Below, piece after piece: positions 1-8,641 of a DNA stretch of 64,000 bases; the first letter of the stretch is position 1; each line of letters begins with the position of its first letter. The DNA lies in the NCBI GenBank assembly GCA_028284265.1, contig JANQRZ010000018.1, positions 237,385 through 301,384 on the forward strand, written 5' to 3'. Source of the DNA: Rhodothermales bacterium. Its GTDB lineage: Bacteria > Bacteroidota > Rhodothermia > Rhodothermales > JANQRZ01. Position numbers and translations under genes: made by a program. Under the pieces are notes generated by a model. It worked only from the letters and a program-made list of their open reading frames with translations. It searched no databases and was not told the DNA's origin.

Positions 1-1882
1 GGTTGTGGCGCGAGAGGTGGATCGGGGTCTGCCAGTTGAACCGGAGCGGACGCTCACCGAGGTCGTGGCGCGGTGTGATGCGGGTGCGCTCGTAATCGGC
101 TCCCGGCGCGGCCCGGTCGAGGCGGAAGTAGTTGCCGAACTGGAAGCCGGTGTAGACGGTGTTGTTGGTCCGAGTGTCGACCGCGATCTGCATCCCATCG
201 CCACCCATGATCCAATCGAAGTCATAGTCGCCCGAGGCACGCCAGCCGGGGCCGGGCATGTGGGTGTGCGGCCCGGCCCAGACGCCGTTGTCCTGCAAGC
301 CGCCGTAGACATGGTACGGCTCCTGCCCATCCACGGCAACCGTGTAAAACTGTCCTACCGGCGGCACATTCGCCTTGAACCAGCTCTCACCGTCGTCATA
401 GGAAATGTTGATCCCACCGTCATTGCCGTTGATGAGGTGGTCGGGGTTGTTCGGATTGACGAAGAGGGCATGATGATCGACGTGGACATGCTCCTGCCCG
501 ATGCTCTCCCACGTCGCACCACTGTCGGAGGACGCGATAATCGGGACGCCGAGGAGGTAGAGCCGGTCGGGATCGTCTGGGGCGACGCGGACTTCGCCGA
601 AGTAGTAGCCGTAGGAGAACACGAAGTCGTCTATGTAGCCCTCGTGTGTGCGCTGCCACGTCTGCCCTCCGTCGTCCGAGCGATACAACTCACCGCCGAT
701 GACCGGCGTGTCGAAGAGTTGGCGGTTGGCATCTTCGAGGTACTCGACGAGCGCGATGGGTTCGAGGTCGCCCTCGCGTACCATCTCCAGCAGCGATGCG
801 GCGGTGTAGGAGAGCGGAAACCCGTTGCGGTCGAGGTACTCGTTGAGATCATCCTCGGCGAGGGCGAGAAAGGCATCGCGGCTCATCGTGCGGAGCACGT
901 CTTTCGTCAGCGCCGGTTCGTTCTCGTCTGGCTCCTCGGGCCGCCGGTTCTGATTGTCGAGTGAGGCGAAAATCGTCTGCGGGTTGCCGGGATAGACGGC
1001 CAGCCCGATCCGCCCAACTCCGCCCCCCGCCGGGAAGCCACTGCCTTCGACCGTCAGCAGGCTCCACGAGCTGCCGCCGTCCGTGCTCTTGTAGATGCCG
1101 GAGCCGGGACCGGCTTCGGTGAAGTCCCACGCCCGCCGCGTCCGCTCCCACGCCGCCGCGTAGAGCACATCGGCGTTCGTTGGATCAATGGCGAGGTCGA
1201 TGACGCCCGTGTTATCATTGATGAAAAGCGACGGCCTCCACGTCTGCCCGCCGTCGGTTGTTTTGTAGACGCCCCGGTCGGGGCCGGGCGAATAGAGGTG
1301 CCCGATGCTGGCGATCCACGCCACGTCGGGATCGTCAGGATGCAGGATGATGCGACCCGTGTGGTGGGTCTCGTCGAGGCCAAGGTGCATCCACGTCTGC
1401 CCGCCATCGGTGCTCTTGTAGACGCCGGTGCCCGCGTAGGATGAGCGGCTAGAGTTGTTCTCGCCCGTCCCCGCCCAGATCGTCACGCCATCGCCCTCCG
1501 GGTCCCGCCAGTCCACCGCGATGTCGCCGAGGGTCATCGCCGCCTGATCGTCGAAGAGCGGCTCAAAGGTCGAGCCGCCGCTCGTCGTCCGCCACAGCCC
1601 GCCCGAGGCGTAGGCCACGTAGAACGTCGCAGGATCGGTCGGCGATACGTCCACATCCACGACGCGCCCGCTCATTACGGTCGGACCGACATTGCGGAAT
1701 GGGACGTTCGTGAGCAGCGAGCGCTCGGCGAGGGCCTGCCTTGACTCGAACCCGGCGAGGCGTTCAGCGGCGGGCGTCGGGGCAACGGGGTTAGGGGCGA
1801 CTTCGGCCTGGTCTGCCACCGGCTGGGCAGCGAGGGGAAGCGCAAGGGCGAAGATGAGTAGGAGCGTGGGTAGACAGCGCAT
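1..1882 (-). CDS. Secreted BNR/Asp-box repeat protein (sortilin/VPS10-like 'BNR repeat glycosyl hydrolase' family); 3' end cut by the window edge
   Basis: Own translation of the minus strand from the ATG at 1882 gives MRCLPTLLLIFALALPLAAQ (signal peptide). Repeated Asp-box motifs follow: YKSTDGGQTW, YKTTDGGQTW, YKSTDGGSSW, YRSDDGGQTW. The frame stays open to base 1, so there is no stop in the window and the gene is absent from the ORF track. Confidence 0.8.
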   Translation of the reverse strand, partial: MRCLPTLLLIFALALPLAAQPVADQAEVAPNPVAPTPAAERLAGFESRQALAERSLLTNVPFRNVGPTVMSGRVVDVDVSPTDPATFYVAYASGGLWRTTSGGSTFEPLFDDQAAMTLGDIAVDWRDPEGDGVTIWAGTGENNSSRSSYAGTGVYKSTDGGQTWMHLGLDETHHTGRIILHPDDPDVAWIASIGHLYSPGPDRGVYKTTDGGQTWRPSLFINDNTGVIDLAIDPTNADVLYAAAWERTRRAWDFTEAGPGSGIYKSTDGGSSWSLLTVEGSGFPAGGGVGRIGLAVYPGNPQTIFASLDNQNRRPEEPDENEPALTKDVLRTMSRDAFLALAEDDLNEYLDRNGFPLSYTAASLLEMVREGDLEPIALVEYLEDANRQLFDTPVIGGELYRSDDGGQTWQRTHEGYIDDFVFSYGYYFGEVRVAPDDPDRLYLLGVPIIASSDSGATWESIGQEHVHVDHHALFVNPNNPDHLINGNDGGINISYDDGESWFKANVPPVGQFYTVAVDGQEPYHVYGGLQDNGVWAGPHTHMPGPGWRASGDYDFDWIMGGDGMQIAVDTRTNNTVYTGFQFGNYFRLDRAAPGADYERTRITPRHDLGERPLRFNWQTPIHLSRHN

Positions 1883-1894
1883 GACGTTGGAACG

Positions 1895-2392
1895 ATGAGG
1901 GCAGGATGTATCTTGACAGCGTGCGTCCCGATGATAGGCACGCCGCCTCACTTTTGCCCGCTCTTCCCGATGCCGCTTCTTTCCTCTCGCTCTTCCGATC
2001 AGCCAATCGGCTTCGAGCGCTTCCGCAAAAAGGCCGAGCGCCTGACCCGCGACCCGAAGCGTGTCCGCAAAGTGGTCCGCCAGGCCTATGACAAGATCGC
2101 GGACCACAGCGAGGAGATCGGCCAGATCCGCGACGACCTGCCGGTGCTGCTGCGCCTCGTCCGGGCATGGACCCGCCGCGAGTACCGCCGCATTCCCGTT
2201 AAGGCCATCGTGCTCATCGCCGGGGCCGTGCTCTACTTTATCAATCCGTTCGACCTAGTCCCCGACTTCCTCCCGATCATCGGCTACCTCGACGACGCTG
2301 CCGTCCTCGGTTATGTCCTGCGGACGCTCCAAGCTGAGGTCGAGCACTACCGCGTCTGGGAAGCAGACCAGCGACCGAAACTGAACGCCTAG
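1895..2392 (+). CDS. DUF1232 (YkvA-like) membrane protein
   Basis: C-terminal half reads IVLIAGAVLYFINPFDLVPDFLPIIGYLDDAAVLGYVL, which matches the DUF1232 signature. The true start may be an internal Met. Confidence 0.6.
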   Translation: MRAGCILTACVPMIGTPPHFCPLFPMPLLSSRSSDQPIGFERFRKKAERLTRDPKRVRKVVRQAYDKIADHSEEIGQIRDDLPVLLRLVRAWTRREYRRIPVKAIVLIAGAVLYFINPFDLVPDFLPIIGYLDDAAVLGYVLRTLQAEVEHYRVWEADQRPKLNA

Positions 2393-2403
2393 CTACTCTT
2401 TCT

Positions 2404-3924
2404 ATGCGCTACACCTCCTGCCTGCTTTTCCTCCTTCTGGTTTTCGCCGGACCATCGGCGGCCCAACCTATCGAGGCAGACGGCCCGTTCCTCGTCGGTC
2501 GCACCGATGTCGTGTTCGATGATGATGTGTTCGGGCAAGGCACGATTCGAGGGCGCATCTATTACCCCGCGACCGCAGCGGGCGTGGAGACACAGCCGGA
2601 TGCGAGCGGTGGCCCATTCCCACTCGTCGCCTTCCAGCACGGCTACCTCGGGCGACCACGCAACTATGACGATCTCTGCGAGCACATCGCAAGCTGGGGG
2701 TTCGTCGTCGCCTCGACCGGCACCGAGACGGGCCTCTTTCCGAACCAACCGCAGTACGCCCGCGACACGCGCTCCCTACTCTACTACGTTGAGGATCAGT
2801 CCGATGCGCCCGGCTCATTCAACGGCATGGTAGACGACGGGCCGTGGGCGGCGTCGGGCCACTCGATGGGCGGCGGCGTGCTTGCGCTACTCATCGGGAT
2901 TGAGCCGCGGGTGCAAACGATCATCGGGTTGCAGTCGGCCTTCGTGAACGACGCCCGGATCGACAACCTCAACGCCTTTACCGGCCGCCATTTTCAGATC
3001 GCCGGATCGGTGGATGGCATCGTGCCGCCCTCGCAGGTGGTCCGCTACTTCAACGAGGCGGATGCCGCCAGCCGCAATGTTTATTTCGAGGTGATCGGGA
3101 TGGGCCATAGCGGGCCGACGGACAACGTGCCGAACAACGAGCCGCTCCCTGCCGCCGACCAGAAGCGTCTTCACAAGCGCCTCGTGACGGGCATTCTCCG
3201 GGCCGAGATCAAGGGCGAGGAAAACCTCTACGCTGAGTTGCTGGGCGAAGGCATCGCGGACGAACCCGTCGAGTTCGACGCTACCTGCACAGACCCGCCG
3301 CTGTGGGTCCGTCCGAGCACCGATCCGTCAACCGTTGTCGTAGGAACCGCCGGAGCGCCGGGAGCCGAGACCGTGCTGGCATGGTCGGATCGGCGGGGTA
3401 TGCGACCAACGCCTGTCGGTGAAATCGGCATCGCGCTTTCGCCCCAACGCATCCTCTTCCGAGGCCCGGCAGCGGCGGATGGTACAGCCGAAGCGCTGCT
3501 GCCACTAGCCGACATCGGCACCGCCGATAGCGTCTTTGTGCAAGGGCTAGCACTCGGCAGCACCGGGAGCGTCACCCGCGTAGAGGCACAGGCCACCGGA
3601 AACTCGGCAGCGCCCGTCTCGGCTGCAAGCCGGAGCACCGATGCGATAGGTACGCGCTTCATCGACGCCTATCCCAACCCATTCCGCGACGACCTCACCG
3701 TCCGCTATCACCTCGCCGAGGCCGGACCTATCGAGGTCGAAGTCTACGATGTGCTTGGCCGCAGCGTGTCCGTCCTCTCAACCAGCACCCAAGCGGTGGG
3801 CATGCACGAAGCGCGGTGGGACGGACGGGACGCATCGGGTAGAGCCGTAGCGCCCGGCCTCTACGTGATCCGTCTCCACGCAGGCGATACGCACCACTCG
3901 CACACCATCGTGCGCGTGCCCTAA
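2404..3924 (+). CDS. Secreted alpha/beta hydrolase (lipase/cutinase/dienelactone-hydrolase-like) with a T9SS C-terminal sorting domain
   Basis: Signal peptide; nucleophile elbow GHSMGGG; FPLVAFQHGYLG oxyanion region. The C-terminus (AYPNPFRDDLTVRYHL...VEVYDVLGRSV...GLYVIRL) is typical of a Por/T9SS CTD. Confidence 0.7.
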   Translation: MRYTSCLLFLLLVFAGPSAAQPIEADGPFLVGRTDVVFDDDVFGQGTIRGRIYYPATAAGVETQPDASGGPFPLVAFQHGYLGRPRNYDDLCEHIASWGFVVASTGTETGLFPNQPQYARDTRSLLYYVEDQSDAPGSFNGMVDDGPWAASGHSMGGGVLALLIGIEPRVQTIIGLQSAFVNDARIDNLNAFTGRHFQIAGSVDGIVPPSQVVRYFNEADAASRNVYFEVIGMGHSGPTDNVPNNEPLPAADQKRLHKRLVTGILRAEIKGEENLYAELLGEGIADEPVEFDATCTDPPLWVRPSTDPSTVVVGTAGAPGAETVLAWSDRRGMRPTPVGEIGIALSPQRILFRGPAAADGTAEALLPLADIGTADSVFVQGLALGSTGSVTRVEAQATGNSAAPVSAASRSTDAIGTRFIDAYPNPFRDDLTVRYHLAEAGPIEVEVYDVLGRSVSVLSTSTQAVGMHEARWDGRDASGRAVAPGLYVIRLHAGDTHHSHTIVRVP

Positions 3925-3927
3925 ATG

Positions 3928-4524
3928 TCAGCGATCAGCGCTCAACTGGAAGCGGGCGGTGACGTCTCGCGCCAGTGCCTCGACACGGGCACGGTCGGCA
4001 GCCAGCACACGGAGCGGACCGTCCACAAAGAGCGCCGCAAGGCCGTGGACAAGACTCCACAATGCAACGGACAGCCGGATCTGTGCCGCCGGGTCAGACT
4101 CGATTTCGGCGACGGCCCCCATGAGGTGGCGAAACCCGGCGATGTCGTCAGGGAGTGAGTCGGTGCCTTCGGCTAGCGCAGCGAACGGGCTACCCATCTC
4201 TGGCCGGAAGGCAAGGCGAAATTGCTCCGGGTGGTCAACCGCATAGAGCACGTAGTTGACCCCCATCGCCCGGATACGCTCGGCTGGGTCGGCATGGTTT
4301 GACGCAGCGAGGGCACGGTCTAGACCCTCCAGCGCGTCTTCGGCGAGCGCGCAGACGAGGTCAGCCTTGCCCTTGAAGTGGTGATAGGGGGCTGTCGGGC
4401 TAACGTCCACGCGGCGAGCGAGGTCGCGGAGGGAGAGTGCCCCCACGCCGCGCTCGGTGAGGACGGTGTGGGCCTCGTCAAGGAGAGCGCGGCGGAGGTC
4501 ACCGTGGTGATAGGCGCCAGACAT
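3928..4524 (-). CDS. TetR/AcrR family transcriptional regulator
   Basis: Starts MSGAYHHGDLRRALLDEAHTVLTERGVGALSLRDLARRVDVSPTAPYHHF (TetR HTH). The 363-aa track ORF (to 5019) is an upstream over-extension that overlaps the divergent gene. Confidence 0.85.
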   Translation of the reverse strand: MSGAYHHGDLRRALLDEAHTVLTERGVGALSLRDLARRVDVSPTAPYHHFKGKADLVCALAEDALEGLDRALAASNHADPAERIRAMGVNYVLYAVDHPEQFRLAFRPEMGSPFAALAEGTDSLPDDIAGFRHLMGAVAEIESDPAAQIRLSVALWSLVHGLAALFVDGPLRVLAADRARVEALARDVTARFQLSADR

Positions 4525-4550
4525 TTTTTGTGACAGGCGAAACTTGGCAG

Positions 4551-4576
4551 TGCTCAGATAGTACACAATCTTAGCA
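4551..4576. promoter_or_regulatory. Candidate TetR operator (26-nt imperfect palindrome) in the divergent promoter region
   Basis: TGCTCAGATAGTACACAATCTTAGCA matches its own reverse complement at 20/26 positions (TGCT-AGAT-GT..AC-ATCT-AGCA). It lies between the tetR start (4524) and the 4606 gene. Confidence 0.4.
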
Positions 4577-4605
4577 CCCGTCAGTTCCACTTTCATTATC
4601 TGGCT

Positions 4606-5037
4606 ATGACGCGCCCGACCAAGCTGCTCGCCGGTCTGATCCTCATCACCATCCCAACGATCCAGTACGGTGGCTACTTCCTCCTCACCATCGTCAGCGG
4701 CTGGTCCGACCTCGCGCTGACCGACTTCCAGCGAGCGTTCTTCCGTGCGGGCCACGCCCATGCGGGCGTGCTTGTGATCCTTGCCCTCATCGGGATGGTG
4801 CTCGTTGATTACACCGCGCTTCCAGCGGGTGGACGGTGGACGGCGCGGATTGCCCTCATCCTCGCCCCGATCCTCGTCAGTGGCGGGTTCTTCGCCTCTG
4901 CCATCGGTGAGAGCGTCACCGAGCCAACGGGCGGCATTGCTCTTCTTTACGCGGGCGTGGCGGTCCTCGCTGTCGCTGTGCTGACACTCGGCGTCGGCCT
5001 CGTCCGCGCAGGCTGGCAAGCCCCGCGCTCAACCTAA
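4606..5037 (+). CDS. Integral membrane protein (4 predicted TM segments), function unknown
   Basis: Hydrophobic segments throughout. Divergent from tetR and followed 14 nt later by the SDR gene, so likely a TetR-controlled operon. Confidence 0.5.
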   Translation: MTRPTKLLAGLILITIPTIQYGGYFLLTIVSGWSDLALTDFQRAFFRAGHAHAGVLVILALIGMVLVDYTALPAGGRWTARIALILAPILVSGGFFASAIGESVTEPTGGIALLYAGVAVLAVAVLTLGVGLVRAGWQAPRST

Positions 5038-5051
5038 CCGCCTAGCTTTCC

Positions 5052-5846
5052 ATGTCCACCTTCCTCTACACATACGGCCCGTGGGCCATCGTCACCGGAG
5101 CGTCGTCCGGCATCGGGCGGGCCTTCGCTGAACGGCTCGCCGAGCACGGGCTGAACCTCGTCCTCGTCGCACGCCGCGAAGTTGTCCTCGACACCCTCGC
5201 CTACGATCTCACGGCCTCGCACGGTATCGGCACCCGTGTTATCGCCGCCGACCTCGGCACCGAAGTGGGCTTGGCTAACCTCGAAACCTCGACTACAGAT
5301 CTCGATGTCGGATTGCTCGTAGCCTCGGCAGGATTCGGCACATCGGGGGCGTTTCTGGACTCCGACCTCGCCGACGAACAGACCATGCTCGACGTGAACG
5401 GTCGGGCCGTCCTTAGGCAGGCGCATTACTTCGGGCGACGCTTTGCCGCGCAGGGACGCGGCGGGCTGATCCTGCTCGGCTCGCTCGTCGGGTTTCAAGG
5501 GACACCATTCGCGGCGCACTACGCGGCGACGAAAGCCTACGTCCAAGCGCTCGGCGAGGCCCTACACGTCGAACTAAAGCCACACGGGGTGGACGTGATC
5601 GTCTCTGCGCCAGGACCGGTCCACACAGGATTCGCCGAGCGAGCAGATCAGCGGATGGGAACAGCACTCCAGCCCGAAGACGTGGTCGGGCCGACGCTTG
5701 CAGCACTCGGGCGACAGCAAACCGTCCGCCCCGGCCTCCTCACGAAAGTGCTTTCCGGCAGCTTGTCTGTCCTTCCCCGCTGGGGTAGAGTCCGCATGAT
5801 GGAACGGGTGATGGGTGGCATGACCGCACACCAACGAACAGCCTGA
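5052..5846 (+). CDS. Short-chain dehydrogenase/reductase (SDR)
   Basis: TGASSGIGRAFA cofactor motif and YAATKAY catalytic motif. Confidence 0.85.
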   Translation: MSTFLYTYGPWAIVTGASSGIGRAFAERLAEHGLNLVLVARREVVLDTLAYDLTASHGIGTRVIAADLGTEVGLANLETSTTDLDVGLLVASAGFGTSGAFLDSDLADEQTMLDVNGRAVLRQAHYFGRRFAAQGRGGLILLGSLVGFQGTPFAAHYAATKAYVQALGEALHVELKPHGVDVIVSAPGPVHTGFAERADQRMGTALQPEDVVGPTLAALGRQQTVRPGLLTKVLSGSLSVLPRWGRVRMMERVMGGMTAHQRTA

Positions 5847-5965
5847 CGCATGTACGCTGCCGTCTCACCGCTCGCATCGAGAGCGACCAGCCCCCGCCCG
5901 TGTAACTATCTGTCCTCCAGTTCGGTATACGGCCGTCCTGCCTGATCGCTTATCCCAGTACCCTC

Positions 5966-6193
5966 ATGACACGTTTCCAGTCGATCCTTATTCTCGTAGT
6001 CGCCACCCTCACGATCCTCGTGCTAGGCCAAGCGTTTTGGGCACTGGTAGTTGGTGCCGGCACAGCCATCGGAGCCAGCTTCGCTGCACTCGTTGGATCG
6101 GTACCGACGTGGGCATGGTGGGTACTCTTCGGCCTTGTGATGTCGCGCTGCTGGGGTGGCGGCTGCCGGGGTCGCAAAGCTTGTAGTGCCTGA
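5966..6193 (+). CDS. Small hydrophobic protein with a Cys-rich tail (hypothetical)
   Basis: 75 aa, two hydrophobic stretches, ends RCWGGGCRGRKACSA. Only ORF-level evidence. Confidence 0.3.
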   Translation: MTRFQSILILVVATLTILVLGQAFWALVVGAGTAIGASFAALVGSVPTWAWWVLFGLVMSRCWGGGCRGRKACSA

Positions 6194-6194
6194 A

Positions 6195-8216
6195 CTACGC
6201 GGCAGGTGACGCCACGCACCCAGTCGTCTGAGCCAACTCGGCCAGCGCTTCCAAGGTGAGCGATTGTGGACCGTCGGAGAGCGCCGCGTCGGGGTCAGGA
6301 TGGGCTTCCACGATGAGGCCATGTGCTCCAGCAGCGAGAGCCGCCTGTGCGAGCGCCGGAACCCACCGCCGAACGCCCGCGGCGTGGCTCGGATCGACGA
6401 TCACCGGGAGGTGCGTCCGTTCGCGCGCGACGACCACCGACGACAGGTCGAGCGTGTTGCGCGTCGCCGTCTCGAAGGTGCGGATGCCGCGCTCGCAGAG
6501 GATCACCCGCTCATTGCCTGCGGCCAGCACGTACTCCGCCGCCGCGAGCCACTCGTCGATGCTCGCCATCATCCCGCGCTTGAGGAGCACCGGCACGCGG
6601 GTAGAGCCGACCGCCTTGAGCAGCTCGAAGTTCTGCATGTTGCGCGCGCCGATCTGGAGCACATCGGCCTCGCGGGCGACGGCCTCTACATCTGCCGGGT
6701 GCAGCACCTCGGTCACGACAGGCAGATCGTAGGCCCGGCCCGCCTCGTGGAGAAGACGCAGGCCCTCGAAACCGAGGCCTTGGAAGTCGTAGGGTAGCGT
6801 GCGTGGCTTGAAACAGCCACCTCGGAGCAGCCGCCCCCCAGCAGCCCGCACGCCGCGCGCGCTCTCGAAAATCTGCTCCCGGCTCTCGACCGAGCACGGC
6901 CCCGCGATCAGCACCGGCGGCGCATCGCCTCCGATCCGCACGCCGCCGATCTCGACTATGGTATCCTCCGACCGGCCCTCGCGACTGACCAACCGGTAGC
7001 GCTTGCCCGTCGGAGCAACCACTGGGGCGCTTGGAGCAAGGCGCGGCTTCACGGTCGGCGTAGACACCGTTGCTATGCCATCGCCGGAGGCTCCCTCCGC
7101 CGTCGCTGCTCCAGCCTGTGGGTACGACCCGAGCACACGCACCGCCGCGACGTGCTCGGCGAGTTCGGCGAGCGCGGCTTCGACCTGCTCCTCGTGTGTG
7201 CCGCCTTCGATGTCAGCGTAGAAGCGGTACCGCCACGGACCATCGGGACTCGGACGAGACTCTAGCTTGGTCAGGTTCAGTCCGCGACGCGCCAGCACCT
7301 GAAGGGCCTCAGCGAGTGCGCCGTGGCGATGGTCGGTCGTGAGCAAGAGCGAGGTCTTGTGCGGCAACCGTGCATCGTGAGCGACCCCGTCACGCGCCAC
7401 AACGACGAACCGGGTGAAGTTATCCTTTCGGTTGGCGATGTGCCGCTGGATCACGACCAGCCCGTAGCGCTCGCCCGCATCCTCGCCCGCGATGGCCGCC
7501 CGCGTCGGGTCGTTGCTCTCCGCGACGAGGCGCGCCGCCCCTGCCGTGTCGTGCTCGTCTTCGATTCGCACGTCGGTCAACCCGGCGAGGAACTGGCTGC
7601 ACTGAGCAAGCGCCTTCGCATGCGAGCCGACGTGCCGAATCTGTCCGATTGGCACGTTCTCTACAGCTAGCAGACAGTGCTCGACCCGGACCACCTCTTC
7701 GCCGACCAGCACCAAACCCCGCTCGGCGATGAGGTCGTACACGTCCTCGATGGGCCCGGCGACGGTATTCTCGATGGGCAGCACGGCTCGGTCCGCCTCG
7801 CCCCGGCGCAGCGCCTCGACGGCGTCCTGAAACGTCCGGTGCCCGGTGAACGCGAGCGCCTGCTGCCCCGCGAGATGCCGACTTGCGGCAGCGTGGCTAT
7901 AGCACCCCTCTTCCCCCTGAAACGCTACCCGGACGGCATCGCGCGGTGCCTGACGCGAGGCCTGCACCCGAATGGAGTGGTCAAGGATGCGACGATAGAC
8001 CGTCGTAGCGAAGTAGCCGTCGAGACCAGCCTCCTCAGCGAGATCGTGGATGCGACCGAGCAGGGCACGCTCGCGGCCCGGATCGTGGAGCGGGAGGGCC
8101 GGGTCGTCGAGCTTGACGGCGGCGACCTCACCGATGAGCCGCTGACGCTCGGCGAGCAGGGCGATGAGGTCGCGGTCGGTCTGGTCGAGACGGTCGCGGA
8201 GGTTGGAGAGCGGCAT
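6195..8216 (-). CDS. pheA: Trifunctional fusion: chorismate mutase (AroQ) + prephenate dehydratase with ACT domain + 3-deoxy-7-phosphoheptulonate (DAHP) synthase type I-beta
   Basis: The N-terminus ([30 protein letters not shown]) is the CM domain. The middle ([15 protein letters not shown]...[11 protein letters not shown]...[10 protein letters not shown]) is PDT, and [34 protein letters not shown] is ACT. The C-terminus ([13 protein letters not shown]...[17 protein letters not shown]...[12 protein letters not shown]...DPSH) is the DAHPS I-beta core. Confidence 0.85.
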   Translation of the reverse strand: MPLSNLRDRLDQTDRDLIALLAERQRLIGEVAAVKLDDPALPLHDPGRERALLGRIHDLAEEAGLDGYFATTVYRRILDHSIRVQASRQAPRDAVRVAFQGEEGCYSHAAASRHLAGQQALAFTGHRTFQDAVEALRRGEADRAVLPIENTVAGPIEDVYDLIAERGLVLVGEEVVRVEHCLLAVENVPIGQIRHVGSHAKALAQCSQFLAGLTDVRIEDEHDTAGAARLVAESNDPTRAAIAGEDAGERYGLVVIQRHIANRKDNFTRFVVVARDGVAHDARLPHKTSLLLTTDHRHGALAEALQVLARRGLNLTKLESRPSPDGPWRYRFYADIEGGTHEEQVEAALAELAEHVAAVRVLGSYPQAGAATAEGASGDGIATVSTPTVKPRLAPSAPVVAPTGKRYRLVSREGRSEDTIVEIGGVRIGGDAPPVLIAGPCSVESREQIFESARGVRAAGGRLLRGGCFKPRTLPYDFQGLGFEGLRLLHEAGRAYDLPVVTEVLHPADVEAVAREADVLQIGARNMQNFELLKAVGSTRVPVLLKRGMMASIDEWLAAAEYVLAAGNERVILCERGIRTFETATRNTLDLSSVVVARERTHLPVIVDPSHAAGVRRWVPALAQAALAAGAHGLIVEAHPDPDAALSDGPQSLTLEALAELAQTTGCVASPAA

Positions 8217-8236
8217 CGTGGATGGCTATTGGGTAC

Positions 8237-8264
8237 AAAAAAAGCCCGCCGGGAGAGGCGGGCT
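8237..8264 (-). terminator. Intrinsic terminator acting as attenuator stem 3:4, about 20 nt upstream of the pheA-fusion start codon
   Basis: Minus strand reads AGCCCGCC-UCUCCC-GGCGGGCU followed by UUUUUU (perfect 8-bp GC-rich stem plus U tract). It lies inside a 5' leader rather than after a gene. Confidence 0.65.
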
Positions 8265-8289
8265 GCGAAAGAGGGCGTGGGACGCTCGG

Positions 8290-8388
8290 CTAGTCCCCTA
8301 TCCTCCGGCCCGCCGTGGGCTGGCTAAACGCAAAGCCGTAAAAGTAAAAGCTGGCGCGGAGGTCGATATGGGGAACGCGGTGCGTCAC
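8290..8388 (-). CDS. Candidate Phe/Tyr-rich leader peptide (32 codons, GTG start)
   Basis: Own translation: (M)THRVPHIDLRASFYFYGFAFSQPTAGRRIGD*, with 4 Phe and 2 Tyr in 8 consecutive codons. GGCGGGC within codons 26-28 is complementary to the 5' arm of the terminator. There is no ATG in frame, so the start is uncertain. Confidence 0.5.
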   Translation of the reverse strand: MTHRVPHIDLRASFYFYGFAFSQPTAGRRIGD

Positions 8389-8395
8389 GGGCCAC

Positions 8396-8424
8396 AGAAT
8401 ACGACGGGCGGCGACGGAGTGCAA
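8396..8424 (-). promoter_or_regulatory. Possible sigma70-like promoter for the leader/pheA transcript
   Basis: TTGCAC - 17 nt - TATTCT on the minus strand, directly downstream of ffs. It would place the TSS almost at the GTG, so this call is weak. Confidence 0.3.
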
Positions 8425-8438
8425 CCTTTGGAAACGAA

Positions 8439-8543
8439 ATAAGGGCAAGCGACCCGCATCGCGCCGCTACGACCTCCTACCGCTGCTGCCTTCCGGCCCT
8501 GACGGAGTTCAGAGGGAGCTGGCCGTACGGGACTTGCCCTTAT
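8439..8543 (-). ncRNA. ffs: Signal recognition particle RNA (small/4.5S type)
   Basis: Minus strand contains CCGUCAGGGCCGGAAGGCAGCAGCGGUAGGAG, matching the conserved domain IV core GUCAGGUCCGGAAGGAAGCAGC. The terminal helix UAAGGGCAAG / CUUGCCCUUA closes a roughly 105-nt hairpin. Confidence 0.85.
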
Positions 8544-8641
8544 TCCGCCGACAGGCCCCAATCCGGGCGGTCGGCCAAAAACCAGTGATTGCAATATACG
8601 GCGCGTTCACGCGGAGGGTTCGCGTCACGCGATTTTCAACC

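Noticed and set aside
5-964. 319-aa plus-strand ORF at the left edge
   Set aside because: It lies antisense to a minus-strand gene with clear signal peptide and Asp-box (SxDxGxTW) repeats. Its composition (Val/Arg/Gly/Ala-rich, no motifs) is typical of a high-GC shadow ORF.
8385-8594. 69-aa minus-strand ORF upstream of the leader peptide
   Set aside because: It is almost entirely occupied by the SRP RNA gene (8439-8543), so a coding interpretation is not needed.
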